A DNA stretch of 64,000 bases from contig CBDCVR010000014.1 of assembly GCA_965223155.1 (NCBI GenBank), forward strand, positions 1,056,001 through 1,120,000, in the 5' to 3' direction. The translations under genes were made by a program, and so were the position numbers. The notes beneath the pieces were generated by a model. The model was given only the letters and a program-made list of their open reading frames with translations. It did no database searches and was not told where the DNA came from. Shown here piece by piece: positions 51,168-61,093 of the stretch. Position 1 is the first letter of the stretch. Each line of letters opens with the position of its first letter. Source of the DNA: Candidatus Multivoradales bacterium. GTDB taxonomy: Bacteria > Acidobacteriota > Thermoanaerobaculia > Multivoradales > JAHEKO01.

Positions 51168-51655
51168 AGACGATCGCCGGCCTCGACCGCGATCCCGGCC
51201 TCGACGAAGACCCCGCGCACGGTTCCGGCCCGCTCGGCCTGGATCTCGTTTTCCATCTTCATCGCCTCCAGGATCAAGACGCCTTGCCCGACTTCGACCG
51301 TCTCACCCGCGGCGACCAGGACCTCCACGACCTTGCCCGGCATGTAGGCGGTCACCACGGCGCTCTCGTCGCCGGCAACGCCCGCGTGGGTCTGGAGCGC
51401 GAGATGAGCCAGCGGATCCAGGACTTCGATCTCCTCGCTGCCGAAAGCGCCCGAGACCCGGTACCGGTCCCCGCCCAGGTGGCGAACCGCGACCTCGACA
51501 TGACGCCCCTTCCAGATCAGGCTGCGTCCCGACTCCGACACCTCGCGCACGTCAACCTCGACGATTCGACCGTCGATCTCGAGCCGGGCCCGGTGGCCGT
51601 CGCGCTCGACCCGGACCACCCGATCCCGCCCGCTCTGGCGCGCGATCAACTCCAC
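51152..51655 (-). CDS. Biotin carboxyl carrier subunit with N-terminal BT-like domain
   Basis: AYMPGKVV, EAMKMENEI biotinylation motif; GTG 51655. Confidence 0.92.
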   Translation of the reverse strand: MELIARQSGRDRVVRVERDGHRARLEIDGRIVEVDVREVSESGRSLIWKGRHVEVAVRHLGGDRYRVSGAFGSEEIEVLDPLAHLALQTHAGVAGDESAVVTAYMPGKVVEVLVAAGETVEVGQGVLILEAMKMENEIQAERAGTVRGVFVEAGIAVEAGDRLYEIG

Positions 51656-53181
51656 GACGAGCCCCGCAACCCCTCGTGCCGGGCGGTCTCTCGCCAGTGC
51701 TCGCGAGCGCCATCGACGGGCGCCTCTCCAGCCAGGCGTGTACGACGCTCCACGCACTCCAGGACGGCGGCGATGAGCGCGATCTCGTTCCGGTCCTCGC
51801 GGGCAACCGGGGCGAGCTCCCCGGCGGCGAGCTTGCGATCCAGCATGCCGATGTCCAGCCGGCCCGCCCCGAAGTCCGGATCTCGGAGGATCGCCCGGAA
51901 GAGCGGCACGCTGGTGGCCACTCCCTCGATCCGGAGCTCCTCCAGAGCTCCTGCCAGCCGCGCGATCGCCGCCTTCCTCGTCTCCGCCCAGACGATCAGC
52001 TTGCCCAACATCGGGTCGTAGAAAATCGGCACCTGGCAACCCTCGTAGACGCCGCTGTCGTTCCGGATCCCCGGTCCCTCGGGCAGGCGCAGCCGCTCGA
52101 TCCGGCCCGGCGACGGCACGAAGTTGCGGTACGGATCCTCGGCGTAGAGGCGCACCTCGATGGCATGTCCGCGGATTCCCGGGTCGTCAAACTCCGGGCC
52201 CAAAGGCTCGCCGCGCGCCACCGCGATCTGCGCTCGAACCAGATCGATCCCGGTAACCAGCTCGGTTACGGGATGCTCGACCTGGAGCCGGGTATTCATC
52301 TCCAGGAAGTAGAAGTCGCCCGAGTCCTCGAGCAGAAACTCGACGGTCCCGGCGTTGACGTATCCCACCGCCTCGGCCGCGCGCACCGCCGCCTCGCCCA
52401 TGCGCCGCCGCAGCTCGGAATCGACCACCGCCGACGGCGCTTCTTCGAGCACCTTCTGGTGGCGGCGCTGAAGCGAGCACTCGCGCTCACCCAGAGCCAC
52501 CGTCTTGCCGTGCATGTCCGCCATGACCTGGATCTCGACGTGGCGCGGCCGGTCCAAGTACCTCTCGAGGTAGACCGCGTCCTGGCCAAAGCTGGCGCCG
52601 GCCTCCGAGCGCGCCGCCCGGTAGGCGGCAGGCAGAGCCTCGGCATCGTGCACCAACCGCATGCCCTTGCCCCCTCCACCGGCCGAAGCCTTGAGCATGA
52701 CCGGGAACCCGATTCGGCCGGCCGCTTCGAGGGCGGCTTCCACCGTCTCGAGCGCTTCCTCGCCGCCCGGCACGACCGGAACCCCCGCCGCCTGCATCAA
52801 GCGCCGGCTCTCGATCTTCGAGCCCATCGAGGCGATCGCCTCCGGCGGGGGTCCGACAAAAAGGACCCCTGTCTCGCGGCACCGGCCGGCGAACTCGGCG
52901 TTCTCGGACAGGAAGCCATAGCCCGGGTGGATGGCGTCGGCACCGATCTCGCCCGCCAGTTCGACGATCGCGTCCCCGCGCAGGTAGCTCTCGGCCGAAG
53001 GCGCCGGGCCGATGGGATAGGCCTCGTCCGCCACCAAGACCGGCAACGACTCGCGGTCGGCCTCTGAGAATACGACCGCCGAGGTGATGTCCAACTCACG
53101 CGCGGCACGGATCACCCGAACCGCGATCTCGCCGCGGTTGGCGACCAGGATCTTGTCGATCGATCGGGCTTCGGGGCTCAC
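51646..53181 (-). CDS. accC: Biotin carboxylase subunit of an acyl-CoA carboxylase
   Basis: ILVANRGEIA, HPGYGFLSEN, GGGGKGMR, CSLQRRHQK, EMNTRLQVEHPVTE. Confidence 0.93.
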   Translation of the reverse strand: MSPEARSIDKILVANRGEIAVRVIRAARELDITSAVVFSEADRESLPVLVADEAYPIGPAPSAESYLRGDAIVELAGEIGADAIHPGYGFLSENAEFAGRCRETGVLFVGPPPEAIASMGSKIESRRLMQAAGVPVVPGGEEALETVEAALEAAGRIGFPVMLKASAGGGGKGMRLVHDAEALPAAYRAARSEAGASFGQDAVYLERYLDRPRHVEIQVMADMHGKTVALGERECSLQRRHQKVLEEAPSAVVDSELRRRMGEAAVRAAEAVGYVNAGTVEFLLEDSGDFYFLEMNTRLQVEHPVTELVTGIDLVRAQIAVARGEPLGPEFDDPGIRGHAIEVRLYAEDPYRNFVPSPGRIERLRLPEGPGIRNDSGVYEGCQVPIFYDPMLGKLIVWAETRKAAIARLAGALEELRIEGVATSVPLFRAILRDPDFGAGRLDIGMLDRKLAAGELAPVAREDRNEIALIAAVLECVERRTRLAGEAPVDGAREHWRETARHEGLRGSSWS

Positions 53182-55589
53182 GGCAGCTTGCCTTCGGGCA
53201 CGGCTCTCGAACGAAAACCGTAGAAGACGAGCACCAGCAAGGTCAACAGCGACAGCCCCGCGGCGGCAACCACCGGCCGGCGATCCACCCAGAGCTCGAT
53301 CTCGTGCTCCCCGTCTTCGAGCAGGATCGCCATCCGGTGCATGTTGGCCGCGACGAGCTCTGCCGGCCGGCCGTTCACGCGGGCCCGATAGATCGGCAGG
53401 TAGGCTCGCTGGAAGACGAAGGCGCCGCGCCCGCGCGAGCGCGCCCGGAAGCGCCAGGACTCAGGCCGGGCTTCCAGAATCTCGGCCTCGCCGCGCTCGC
53501 CGCTGCCGGGCTCGCCGGCGCCGGCCAGCACCACCTCCTCGACCGGCCTGAAGGAAGGGTCGGTCACCAAGGCCACCGCCTGATTCAGATTCTCCGAAAA
53601 GAGCAGCCGGCCGACCACGTAGGCCTCAGGCGCCGGGTCCAGGATCTTGTAGAGATAGAGCGACCCGCCCGAGGCTTCCACTTCTCCCGCCAACTGGAGT
53701 CGGTCAGAGATCTCGAACGGTCGTTTCGCGAACAGCCAACCGACACCTGAGGCCGCCAACAGCCTGATCTTCTCGGGCTCGGGCAGGACCTTCATGGCTT
53801 CGGCTGTGACCCGGGTCAGAAACCCGTCAAGGCCTTCCGGAGTGAGCGCGAACTCGTACTTCAAGCCGGCCATGATGCCGGCGTAGGCGTGGAAGTCCTT
53901 GTGTACCTTGCGCTGAAGCCAGTGCGGCGACAGATCCGGAAAGTCGCCGAGCGAAAGCGGCTCGCTACCGAAGAGCCAGCCGGAGCTGGCGTGCACTACC
54001 GTTGAACCAGGCGGGACGATCGCGATAACCGGCGAGGAGGCCGGGTAGTTGGCCACGGCATCGCTGGCGATGAGCGGCTGGAGCAGAGTCAACTGGAAGA
54101 CGAGGTGAAGCACGAGCAATAGCGCGGCGACCTTCGGAAACACCGCGTCCCGCACGAAGGTCGCCGTCAGCGCCAGAAGGCTGAATGCGGCCAGCCTGCC
54201 GGCCAGCCGAATCCAGCGCGCGGCTTCCGCTTCGGCCAGTCCGCTGCCTGCCGCCGCTTCGGGCATCACCGAGGCGATGGCGCCCGCCAGCGACGGTGCC
54301 TTCCAGGCAAAGCCCAGCCAGGCGATGGAATATAGGACAGCAAAGCCGCCCAGGGCCCAGCGCAAGTCGCGGCGGCCACCGGATGCGAGCGCACGCTCGA
54401 AGCCAAGGCCCACCAGGATCGACGCGGGCACGGCCACCAGCGGCCAGAACTTGACCGGCAGACGGAGCACCGAAAAGCCCGGGAGCTCGAGGATGGCGAC
54501 CATGACCGGGTTGTAGCGCCCGAGCGCCGCGAACAGCCCGAGGCCGGCCACCGCCAGCGCCCAGCGCGCCTGCCGGCTCCGGCTCCGCGCGCCCACCCAG
54601 ACCAGTGCCAGCGCCAGCACGCCCGGAAATAGCGAGTAGAACAGTGGCTGAGCGGCGGCGTGGAAACTCCCGCCCCAGAAGGTCATCCCGGGACCGCCGA
54701 AAGCCAGGGGAATCAGCCATTCGAGCGCGGCCGCCGGGTGCCAGCTGGTCGCGGTCGCCGCTTCGGACGAAAAGCCCCAGTGGCCCCGGAAGGAAAGGCC
54801 CAGGATCCGCCAGAATTCCACGAGTTGCGGAGCGGCGAGAAGGGTCCCGGCCCCGATCGACGCCGCCACGGCGGCGAGGCCCCCCAGCCCTCCCCGCCTT
54901 CCCACCCCCGAACGGCCCGGCCACTCGAGCACTAGTACCGTCAGCGCCAACCCCACTCCCAGGGCCGCCGTCATGGGATCTCCGGCGAGAAGGACGAGAG
55001 CCCACAAGAGGGCCGCAACGGGCAGGCTCCACCTGCGTCCGTGCTCGGCCGCCACCCGTGAGACTCCGGCGGCCAGCGCCGGCAGGAGCGCGGTCGCGGC
55101 CACCAGGTTGTAGAGATTGAGCTGCGACAGAAAATAGCCGCTCCCCACCCAGGCCACCGCCGCCGCCCAGGCACCCGGCCGTCCCAGCCCGAGGCGCCGA
55201 CCCAGCCAGAACATCGCCGCCGGAGCCAGGAGCGCGTGCAACCAGAAGTGGGCGTTGAACGCCCAGAAGAAGGGCGCGAGCAGATAGAGCAGGTTGTCCG
55301 GGTAGAGCGCGACCGTGTTGGGGTTGCCCAGGTGCGGCTGGCCGCCTGAGCGCATGGCGTCCAGAAGCGGCAGGATGCCCTCCCGCATTGCCTGCGTCTG
55401 CCACCACTTCATCTCCAGATGCGTGTTGAAGACGTCGCGCAAGAAAAGCGTATGGCTACCGCTGATGAGGGGCAGGAAGAACAGGACCAGAAGGACCAGC
55501 GTGGGCGCCACGTACCAGCGTCCGAAGCCCGGCGCGCCGGCACCCGCGGCTTCCGGCGAGTCCGTGGGCAATGGAGCGTTATTCGGCAC
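53178..55589 (-). CDS. YfhO-like polytopic membrane protein (putative GT-C glycosyltransferase)
   Basis: N-terminal loop RD...GILPLL...GGQPHLGNP...LYP; many TMs; C-terminal YfhO-like ARVNGRPAELVAANMHRMAILLEDGEHEI. Confidence 0.78.
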   Translation of the reverse strand: MPNNAPLPTDSPEAAGAGAPGFGRWYVAPTLVLLVLFFLPLISGSHTLFLRDVFNTHLEMKWWQTQAMREGILPLLDAMRSGGQPHLGNPNTVALYPDNLLYLLAPFFWAFNAHFWLHALLAPAAMFWLGRRLGLGRPGAWAAAVAWVGSGYFLSQLNLYNLVAATALLPALAAGVSRVAAEHGRRWSLPVAALLWALVLLAGDPMTAALGVGLALTVLVLEWPGRSGVGRRGGLGGLAAVAASIGAGTLLAAPQLVEFWRILGLSFRGHWGFSSEAATATSWHPAAALEWLIPLAFGGPGMTFWGGSFHAAAQPLFYSLFPGVLALALVWVGARSRSRQARWALAVAGLGLFAALGRYNPVMVAILELPGFSVLRLPVKFWPLVAVPASILVGLGFERALASGGRRDLRWALGGFAVLYSIAWLGFAWKAPSLAGAIASVMPEAAAGSGLAEAEAARWIRLAGRLAAFSLLALTATFVRDAVFPKVAALLLVLHLVFQLTLLQPLIASDAVANYPASSPVIAIVPPGSTVVHASSGWLFGSEPLSLGDFPDLSPHWLQRKVHKDFHAYAGIMAGLKYEFALTPEGLDGFLTRVTAEAMKVLPEPEKIRLLAASGVGWLFAKRPFEISDRLQLAGEVEASGGSLYLYKILDPAPEAYVVGRLLFSENLNQAVALVTDPSFRPVEEVVLAGAGEPGSGERGEAEILEARPESWRFRARSRGRGAFVFQRAYLPIYRARVNGRPAELVAANMHRMAILLEDGEHEIELWVDRRPVVAAAGLSLLTLLVLVFYGFRSRAVPEGKLP

Positions 55590-55698
55590 CGGCTCCCGGA
55601 GCCCAGTCCACGCCGAGCGGACAGGCCAGGTCGATCGGACATCGATCGGATGCTGCGGTTCGGCTAGACATCGGCTCGTACCACCCTAGAATAGCCGG

Positions 55699-56571
55699 AT
55701 GCTGCATCCGCTCGTCCGGCTAGCGCGCCCGTCGCACTGGCCCAAGAACGTCTTCGTCCTGGCTCCGCTGGTCTTCGCCCAGCGGCTGCACGACCCGGAT
55801 GCGCTGGGTCGGGCGGCCGTCGCCTTCGTCGCCTTCTGCGCCGCTTCGAGCCTTGTATACATCGTCAATGACTACCGAGATCGCGAGCTGGATCGCCGCC
55901 ATCCGATCAAGAAGCTGCGCCCGCTCGCCGCCGGCACGGTGACGCCGGCCGCGGCGCTGACTCTAGCCGGTTTCCTCCTGGCCGGGGTGAGTATGGCGGC
56001 CCTCTGGCTGGGCTGGCGCTTTGGAGTCATTCTCTTCACCTACCTGGGCATCAACCTGGTCTATAGCTTCGGACTCAAGCACGCGGTCATCCTGGACGTC
56101 ATGAGCGTGAGCCTCGGCTTCGTGCTGCGCGTGCTGGCCGGTGGCGCCGCGATCCACGTCGAGGTTTCCGCCTGGCTGCTCCTGTGTACGATCTTCTTGG
56201 CCCTCTTCCTGGCCTTCTCAAAGCGCCGGCACGAACTGACCCTCCTGGCCGGGGACGCCGGCGAGCAGCGCCGGGTGCTATCGCACTACAGCCCCGAGTT
56301 CCTGGACCAGATGATCAACGTGGTCACCGCTTCCTCGGTCGTCTCCTACGCCCTGTATTCAGTGGCTCCGGACACGATCGCGCGTTTCGGCACCCGTTCG
56401 CTCCTGTACACGATCCCCTTCGTCTTGTTCGGGATCTTCCGCTATCTGTACCTCGTTTATCAGGCGCCAGCCGAGATCAACCCGACCGAAGCCGTCGTCA
56501 GAGACCTACCCTCGCTCGTCAACATCCTGCTCTGGGGAGCAGCGGTCGTCGCGATCGTCTACTGGCTCTAG
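55699..56571 (+). CDS. UbiA-family polyprenyl-phosphate phosphoribosyltransferase (DPPR synthase-like)
   Basis: RPSHWPKNVFV, YIVNDYRDRELDRRHPIKKLRPLAAG, FSKRRHE, FGIFRY. Confidence 0.9.
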   Translation: MLHPLVRLARPSHWPKNVFVLAPLVFAQRLHDPDALGRAAVAFVAFCAASSLVYIVNDYRDRELDRRHPIKKLRPLAAGTVTPAAALTLAGFLLAGVSMAALWLGWRFGVILFTYLGINLVYSFGLKHAVILDVMSVSLGFVLRVLAGGAAIHVEVSAWLLLCTIFLALFLAFSKRRHELTLLAGDAGEQRRVLSHYSPEFLDQMINVVTASSVVSYALYSVAPDTIARFGTRSLLYTIPFVLFGIFRYLYLVYQAPAEINPTEAVVRDLPSLVNILLWGAAVVAIVYWL

Positions 56572-56599
56572 GTCAGTCTCTCGCCGGTCGGTGAGACGG

Positions 56600-57706
56600 T
56601 CAGGTCGAGGCCGCAAAGAAGTCCCGGATCGCGCCGACCACGAAGTCGGCATCGACGTCGGACATCTCCGGGTACATCGGTAGGCAGAGAGCGTTGCGCG
56701 CCGCCCGCCTGGCGACCCGAAACGCACCGTCACCCTCCGCCGGCTCCTCTCGAAAGCACGGCTGATCCGGCAGGGCAGCCGGATAGTGAATGGCGGTGCC
56801 AATACCGCGGGCGGCCAGGTGAGCCTGGAGCTCGTCCCGCCCTTCGACCAGGATCGCGAACTGGTGGAACACGCTGCCGCGGTCCTCGAGCAGACCGATC
56901 CCGGCGACCTCCTCGAGGGCCGATCGGTAGCGGCCGGCGAGCTCCCGACGGCGCTCGTTCTTACCCTCCAGAAGCGGCAGCCGGCAGGCGAGCACTGCCG
57001 CCTGGAAGGCATCCAGCCGGCTATTGGTGCCGATCTCGTGATGATCGTACCGGCGCGGCGCGCCGTGGTTGGCCAGGAGACGCGCCCGTTCGACCAACTC
57101 GGCCCGGTGCCCGGTGATCGCGCCCCCGTCCCCGAAGCAGCCCAGGTTCTTCGATGGGTAGAAGCTCCAGGTGGCCAGGTCCCCGAAGCTCCCGACCGGG
57201 CGCTCGCCCACTCGCGCGCCGTGCGCCTGCGCCGCGTCCTCGATCAACCACAGGCCGCGCTTCCGGCACCAGCCCGCGATGCGCTCGACGGCGCAAGGCA
57301 GACCGTAGAGGTGGACTCCCACGACGCCCACCGTGCGGTCCGTTCGCGCCTCTTCCAGGAGCTCCGGATCCAGATTCAGCGTCTCGGTCTCGACGTCCAC
57401 GAAGACGGGACGGGCACCCACCCAGGCCACGGTCGATGCGGTGGCGGCGAAGGTAAAGGCCGGCACCAGGACCTCGTCGCCCGGCCCGGCCCCGAGCGCT
57501 CGCAGGGCCAGGATCAGGGCGTCGGTGCCATTGCCCACACCCACCGCCCCGAAAGCGCCCAGGAAGCGAGCGAACTCGGCCTCAAAGTCGGCGACCTCGG
57601 CGCCGCCGACGAACTGCTTCGAGTCCAGAAGAGCCGACCAGCGGCGGCGCAGATCGCTTTCGATCTCGGCGATCGCTGCGGTCAGGTCGAAGACCGGTAC
57701 CTTCAC
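56600..57706 (-). CDS. DegT/DnrJ/EryC1/StrS sugar aminotransferase
   Basis: NGTDAL, EDAAQAHGA, SFYPSKNLGCFGDGG, NSRLD. Confidence 0.93.
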   Translation of the reverse strand: MKVPVFDLTAAIAEIESDLRRRWSALLDSKQFVGGAEVADFEAEFARFLGAFGAVGVGNGTDALILALRALGAGPGDEVLVPAFTFAATASTVAWVGARPVFVDVETETLNLDPELLEEARTDRTVGVVGVHLYGLPCAVERIAGWCRKRGLWLIEDAAQAHGARVGERPVGSFGDLATWSFYPSKNLGCFGDGGAITGHRAELVERARLLANHGAPRRYDHHEIGTNSRLDAFQAAVLACRLPLLEGKNERRRELAGRYRSALEEVAGIGLLEDRGSVFHQFAILVEGRDELQAHLAARGIGTAIHYPAALPDQPCFREEPAEGDGAFRVARRAARNALCLPMYPEMSDVDADFVVGAIRDFFAAST

Positions 57707-59307
57707 GACGCCGGCCCCGCCTCGATCTGGCGCAGCGGGAACCGCGTCCAGGGTGTCGAGTAGACGACGATCACGTTGCCGCCCATGGTGATGTTGTTGG
57801 GAATCGTGATTTCGAACTGCGCAACGAAGCCGGGATTGATGTCAGGCAGATTCGGGAACCAGCCGGGGAAGATCACCAGATAATCGGGCCGGGTCTCCTC
57901 GAGGAACCGGACCACGCCCATCTGCCAGTTCTGGCCCGCCGCCAGCGCCTGCTGGATGTAGCGAGGCACCTCGGGGTCGATGATCCCGGCAAGGTCGAGG
58001 ATCCGGTTGGGCAGGAGGTACTTGAGCGCCCCCACGTCGTTGACGGCGATGACCGCGGCGGGATCCAGCCGCGGAGCCAGCCACTCGGCCATGGCGACGT
58101 CGCTCTGCTCGACGTTGGCGACCTGCTGCAAGTACGAGCCGCCGCCCTTCAAGACCGACGCAAGCGTCGGCCACAGAATGACGACCAGAAGCAGCGCCCG
58201 CAACGGAAGCCGTGCTCCGAAGAGTCTCACCGGAGGACGCAGCAGGCGAGCCGCGCTCTCGAGACCAAGAACTCCCAGAACGATCACGAACGGAAACAAA
58301 GGAAAGAAGTAGCGGCCGAAGTTGCCCACCAGAGCACTGCCCCACGCGCCACCCAGGGTCGAGTAGGCGATGGGCAACGCCAGCACCCAGAGGGCCGGCA
58401 GCAAACCCCGGTCGCGTTTGCCACCCAGCGCGCCGATCAGGCTCAGAACCCCGGCGCCGGCGCAGAGCAGCATCCAGGGCTGCGACGGCATGAAGATGCT
58501 CAGCACCTGGTACAGGTAGCCCAAATCCGGCATCAGGTCACGCACACCGGACGACTTGGCTCCGAAGGTGGTCGGCAAGAGCGATCCGCTGAACTTCAGA
58601 TTCAAGATGGCGACGGGAAGCGACAGGACGGCGGCGGCGGCGGCACCCTTGACCACCGCGCTCCACGAGCCCAGATCGAGCGCTAGGCCATCCGCGTCCC
58701 GGCGCCAGAGCACCAGCCGGTCGAAGACGGCCAGGACCAGGAGAAGCGCTCCTTCCGGACGCGCCAGCACCGCCAGTCCGAGGACCGGCAGCGCCACGGT
58801 CGAGCTCGAATTCGACCGGCGCTCCCGGATGTGCCAGATGACTCCCCAGAGGCCGAGGAGCGTGAAGAGCGGGATCTCCATCCCCGACAGCGCCGACCAG
58901 ATGAGCCAGCTAGTCGCCGCCGTCAAGAGCCCGGCCAGAGCCGCCAGACCACGCCCCAGGCCCAACTCGCGGGCGAGACGCATGGTGGCGTCGAGCATGG
59001 CGACGTGGAGAGTTATGCCCAGGACCTTCACCCAGAAAAAGACCGGACCGGGCAGCCAGAAGAGAAGCGCCAGAACCGCAGTCCATAACGGGGCCGTGGA
59101 GCCGGCGACGGGCTCGCCCGGGTTGTAGGTCAGGCCGTCCCCGAGATGGAGATTCCGGGCGAACTGGAGATGGATCCAGGAGTCGTCCAGCGGAAAGCCG
59201 GGACGACCGAAGACGCCCAACTCGGCAATGAAGAAAACCGATGCGCTCAACAGTCCAAGGATCAGGACGGCAGCGGCGAGGCGATCTCGGAGGGCAAGCG
59301 TCGGCAT
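57703..59307 (-). CDS. GT-C membrane glycosyltransferase, AftB/TfpW-like N-terminal motif
   Basis: LDDSWIHLQFARNL...GLTYNPGEPVAGSTAPLW, SGMEIP, LARPEG, GRYFFP, DLAGI; many TMs. Confidence 0.78.
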   Translation of the reverse strand: MPTLALRDRLAAAVLILGLLSASVFFIAELGVFGRPGFPLDDSWIHLQFARNLHLGDGLTYNPGEPVAGSTAPLWTAVLALLFWLPGPVFFWVKVLGITLHVAMLDATMRLARELGLGRGLAALAGLLTAATSWLIWSALSGMEIPLFTLLGLWGVIWHIRERRSNSSSTVALPVLGLAVLARPEGALLLVLAVFDRLVLWRRDADGLALDLGSWSAVVKGAAAAAVLSLPVAILNLKFSGSLLPTTFGAKSSGVRDLMPDLGYLYQVLSIFMPSQPWMLLCAGAGVLSLIGALGGKRDRGLLPALWVLALPIAYSTLGGAWGSALVGNFGRYFFPLFPFVIVLGVLGLESAARLLRPPVRLFGARLPLRALLLVVILWPTLASVLKGGGSYLQQVANVEQSDVAMAEWLAPRLDPAAVIAVNDVGALKYLLPNRILDLAGIIDPEVPRYIQQALAAGQNWQMGVVRFLEETRPDYLVIFPGWFPNLPDINPGFVAQFEITIPNNITMGGNVIVVYSTPWTRFPLRQIEAGPAS

Positions 59308-59405
59308 GGGCGTGGCCGCGAATTCTACCCCGCCAACCTACCGGCTTCCCGACACCACGAAGTTGCGCCGACAGAAACGGGCCGGCTCGATACACTTCAC
59401 CGCCG

Positions 59406-60848
59406 ATGGAGATCTTTCCACGCACCAAGAGAACGAAGGAGCGGCGAGCGCTCTACGGCACGATCGTGGCGGTCCTCGTCCTGCTCGTGGCTCTCACCGC
59501 GATTCTGGGCCGCCGATCCAAGCTGGACAAGGACCAGGAATGGACCGAGATCGACTACGCCTCGTTGCCCGAGGTGGATCTGCTCCGACGCTACGTTCGG
59601 ATCGACACTACCTCCGATCACGGCAGTGAGCTGGCCGGGGCCGAGTTCCTGGCCGGGGAGCTGACCAAGATTGGGCTCGAGCCCACGGTCGAGCGCCTCG
59701 GAGAGTCCAAGGCCAACGTCTGGGCGTTTCTGGAAGGCGAGCGGCCCGAGGCCCTGGTGCTCCACAGCCACATCGACGTGTTTCCGATCCGTAAGCCCGA
59801 GAAATGGGATTTCGATCCCTTCTCGGCCACCATTGACAAGGCCTGGCTCTACGGGCGGGGCGTCTTCGACATGAAGAGCGTCACGATTGTGCAGTTGCTG
59901 GCTCTCAAGCATCTCATCGAACAGGGGCGCAAGCCCCACCGCTCGGTCTTGTTTCTTGCCACCGGTAGCGAAGAGACCGGTAGCGAGCTGGGCACGCGCT
60001 GGATCCTAGACGCCCATCCCGAACTCCGGGATCGCTTTTGGGCTGTCCTGACCGAGGGCGGCATCGTCGAACCGGTGAACCGCCACGAGTTCAAGTTCTG
60101 GGGCATCGAGTTCACCCAGAAGCGCTTCGCGACCATCGAGTTCTGCTCGGATTCTCTCGATGAGCTGGCGGCAGCCCGGGAGGCGTTGGTGCGCCACAGC
60201 CAGGCACGGTTCGCCCCGGTCGTGACCCCCGAGGTCGAGACATTCTTCAACGGCTACGCCGACACCCGCACCAATCCGCACTACCGCGAAGTCCTGCGCA
60301 ACCCACATCGGCTCCGGCATCGGGCCGCGGAGTTCCTGCGCCTGCCGTTCTATCTGCTGACCATGCTGCGCAACGAACTCGTCGTCTTTCATCCGGAAGC
60401 CGACCCGTCCGGCGGCTTCCGGATGGTGGCGAAGCTCCATCTCCTACCCGGGCAGAACCTGGACCAGGCTCTCGCCGAGCTCCTACCCGAATGGGCGACC
60501 CACGGCCTCCACTACCAAGTCTCCCCACCCAAGGGGGCCGTGGCAGGCAGCCCGATCGACACGCCCATCTTCGAGAGTTTGGCGAAGGCTGTTTCGGCTA
60601 CCTATCCCGGCGCCCCGGTCGGGCCCTATTTTCTTTCGCTCAGCTCGACGGACTCCCAGTTCTTTCGCACCGCCGGGGTGCCCGCCTACGGCTTCTCGCC
60701 CTTCCTGATTTTCTCGACGGATACGTTCCGAGTGGATGGCCCGAACGAGCGCATGTCGCTCCCCGGCTACATGTCGGGCTTCGAGATCTACCGCTCGGCG
60801 GTGGAACGGCTGGTGGCTCTGCGCGCGGAATCGGCCTCATCGCCATAG
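59406..60848 (+). CDS. Membrane-anchored M20-family metallopeptidase/aminoacylase, degenerate paralogue
   Basis: N-terminal TM; HIDV, GRGVFDMKS, SEE, TEGG, TDSQFFR; C-terminal VDGPNE instead of HGxNE. Confidence 0.85.
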   Translation: MEIFPRTKRTKERRALYGTIVAVLVLLVALTAILGRRSKLDKDQEWTEIDYASLPEVDLLRRYVRIDTTSDHGSELAGAEFLAGELTKIGLEPTVERLGESKANVWAFLEGERPEALVLHSHIDVFPIRKPEKWDFDPFSATIDKAWLYGRGVFDMKSVTIVQLLALKHLIEQGRKPHRSVLFLATGSEETGSELGTRWILDAHPELRDRFWAVLTEGGIVEPVNRHEFKFWGIEFTQKRFATIEFCSDSLDELAAAREALVRHSQARFAPVVTPEVETFFNGYADTRTNPHYREVLRNPHRLRHRAAEFLRLPFYLLTMLRNELVVFHPEADPSGGFRMVAKLHLLPGQNLDQALAELLPEWATHGLHYQVSPPKGAVAGSPIDTPIFESLAKAVSATYPGAPVGPYFLSLSSTDSQFFRTAGVPAYGFSPFLIFSTDTFRVDGPNERMSLPGYMSGFEIYRSAVERLVALRAESASSP

Positions 60849-60944
60849 CCGGCACCCGCAGCGTCGGCTTCCGCTTGCCACCTCTCACCAGGGCCACCGG
60901 AGCTCCAGGTCCCGCGAATCCGCGCCGCGTGCCGGCAATCGAAC

Positions 60945-60959
60945 TGCCAAAACTTGTCA
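60945..60959. promoter_or_regulatory. Candidate enhancer (bEBP) site TGCCA-N5-TGTCA upstream of the pilin sigma-54 promoter
   Basis: Imperfect palindrome about 52 nt upstream of the -24 element. Confidence 0.4.
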
Positions 60960-61010
60960 CTCGCGGACCGTCGGAGGTGAAACGAGCCCATTGCCAAAGG
61001 CCTTTTCGAG

Positions 61011-61027
61011 TTGGCACGGGCGCTGCT
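61011..61027 (+). promoter_or_regulatory. Sigma-54 (-24/-12) promoter of the pilin gene
   Basis: TTGGCACGGGCGCTGCT versus consensus YTGGCACGNNNNTTGCW; GG to GC spacing is exact. Confidence 0.8.
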
Positions 61028-61093
61028 CTCTCCAAACCCCGACAGAAAATTCCGCGTTCTCGAAACGCACCTCTTCGACAAAGGAGTCACCAC

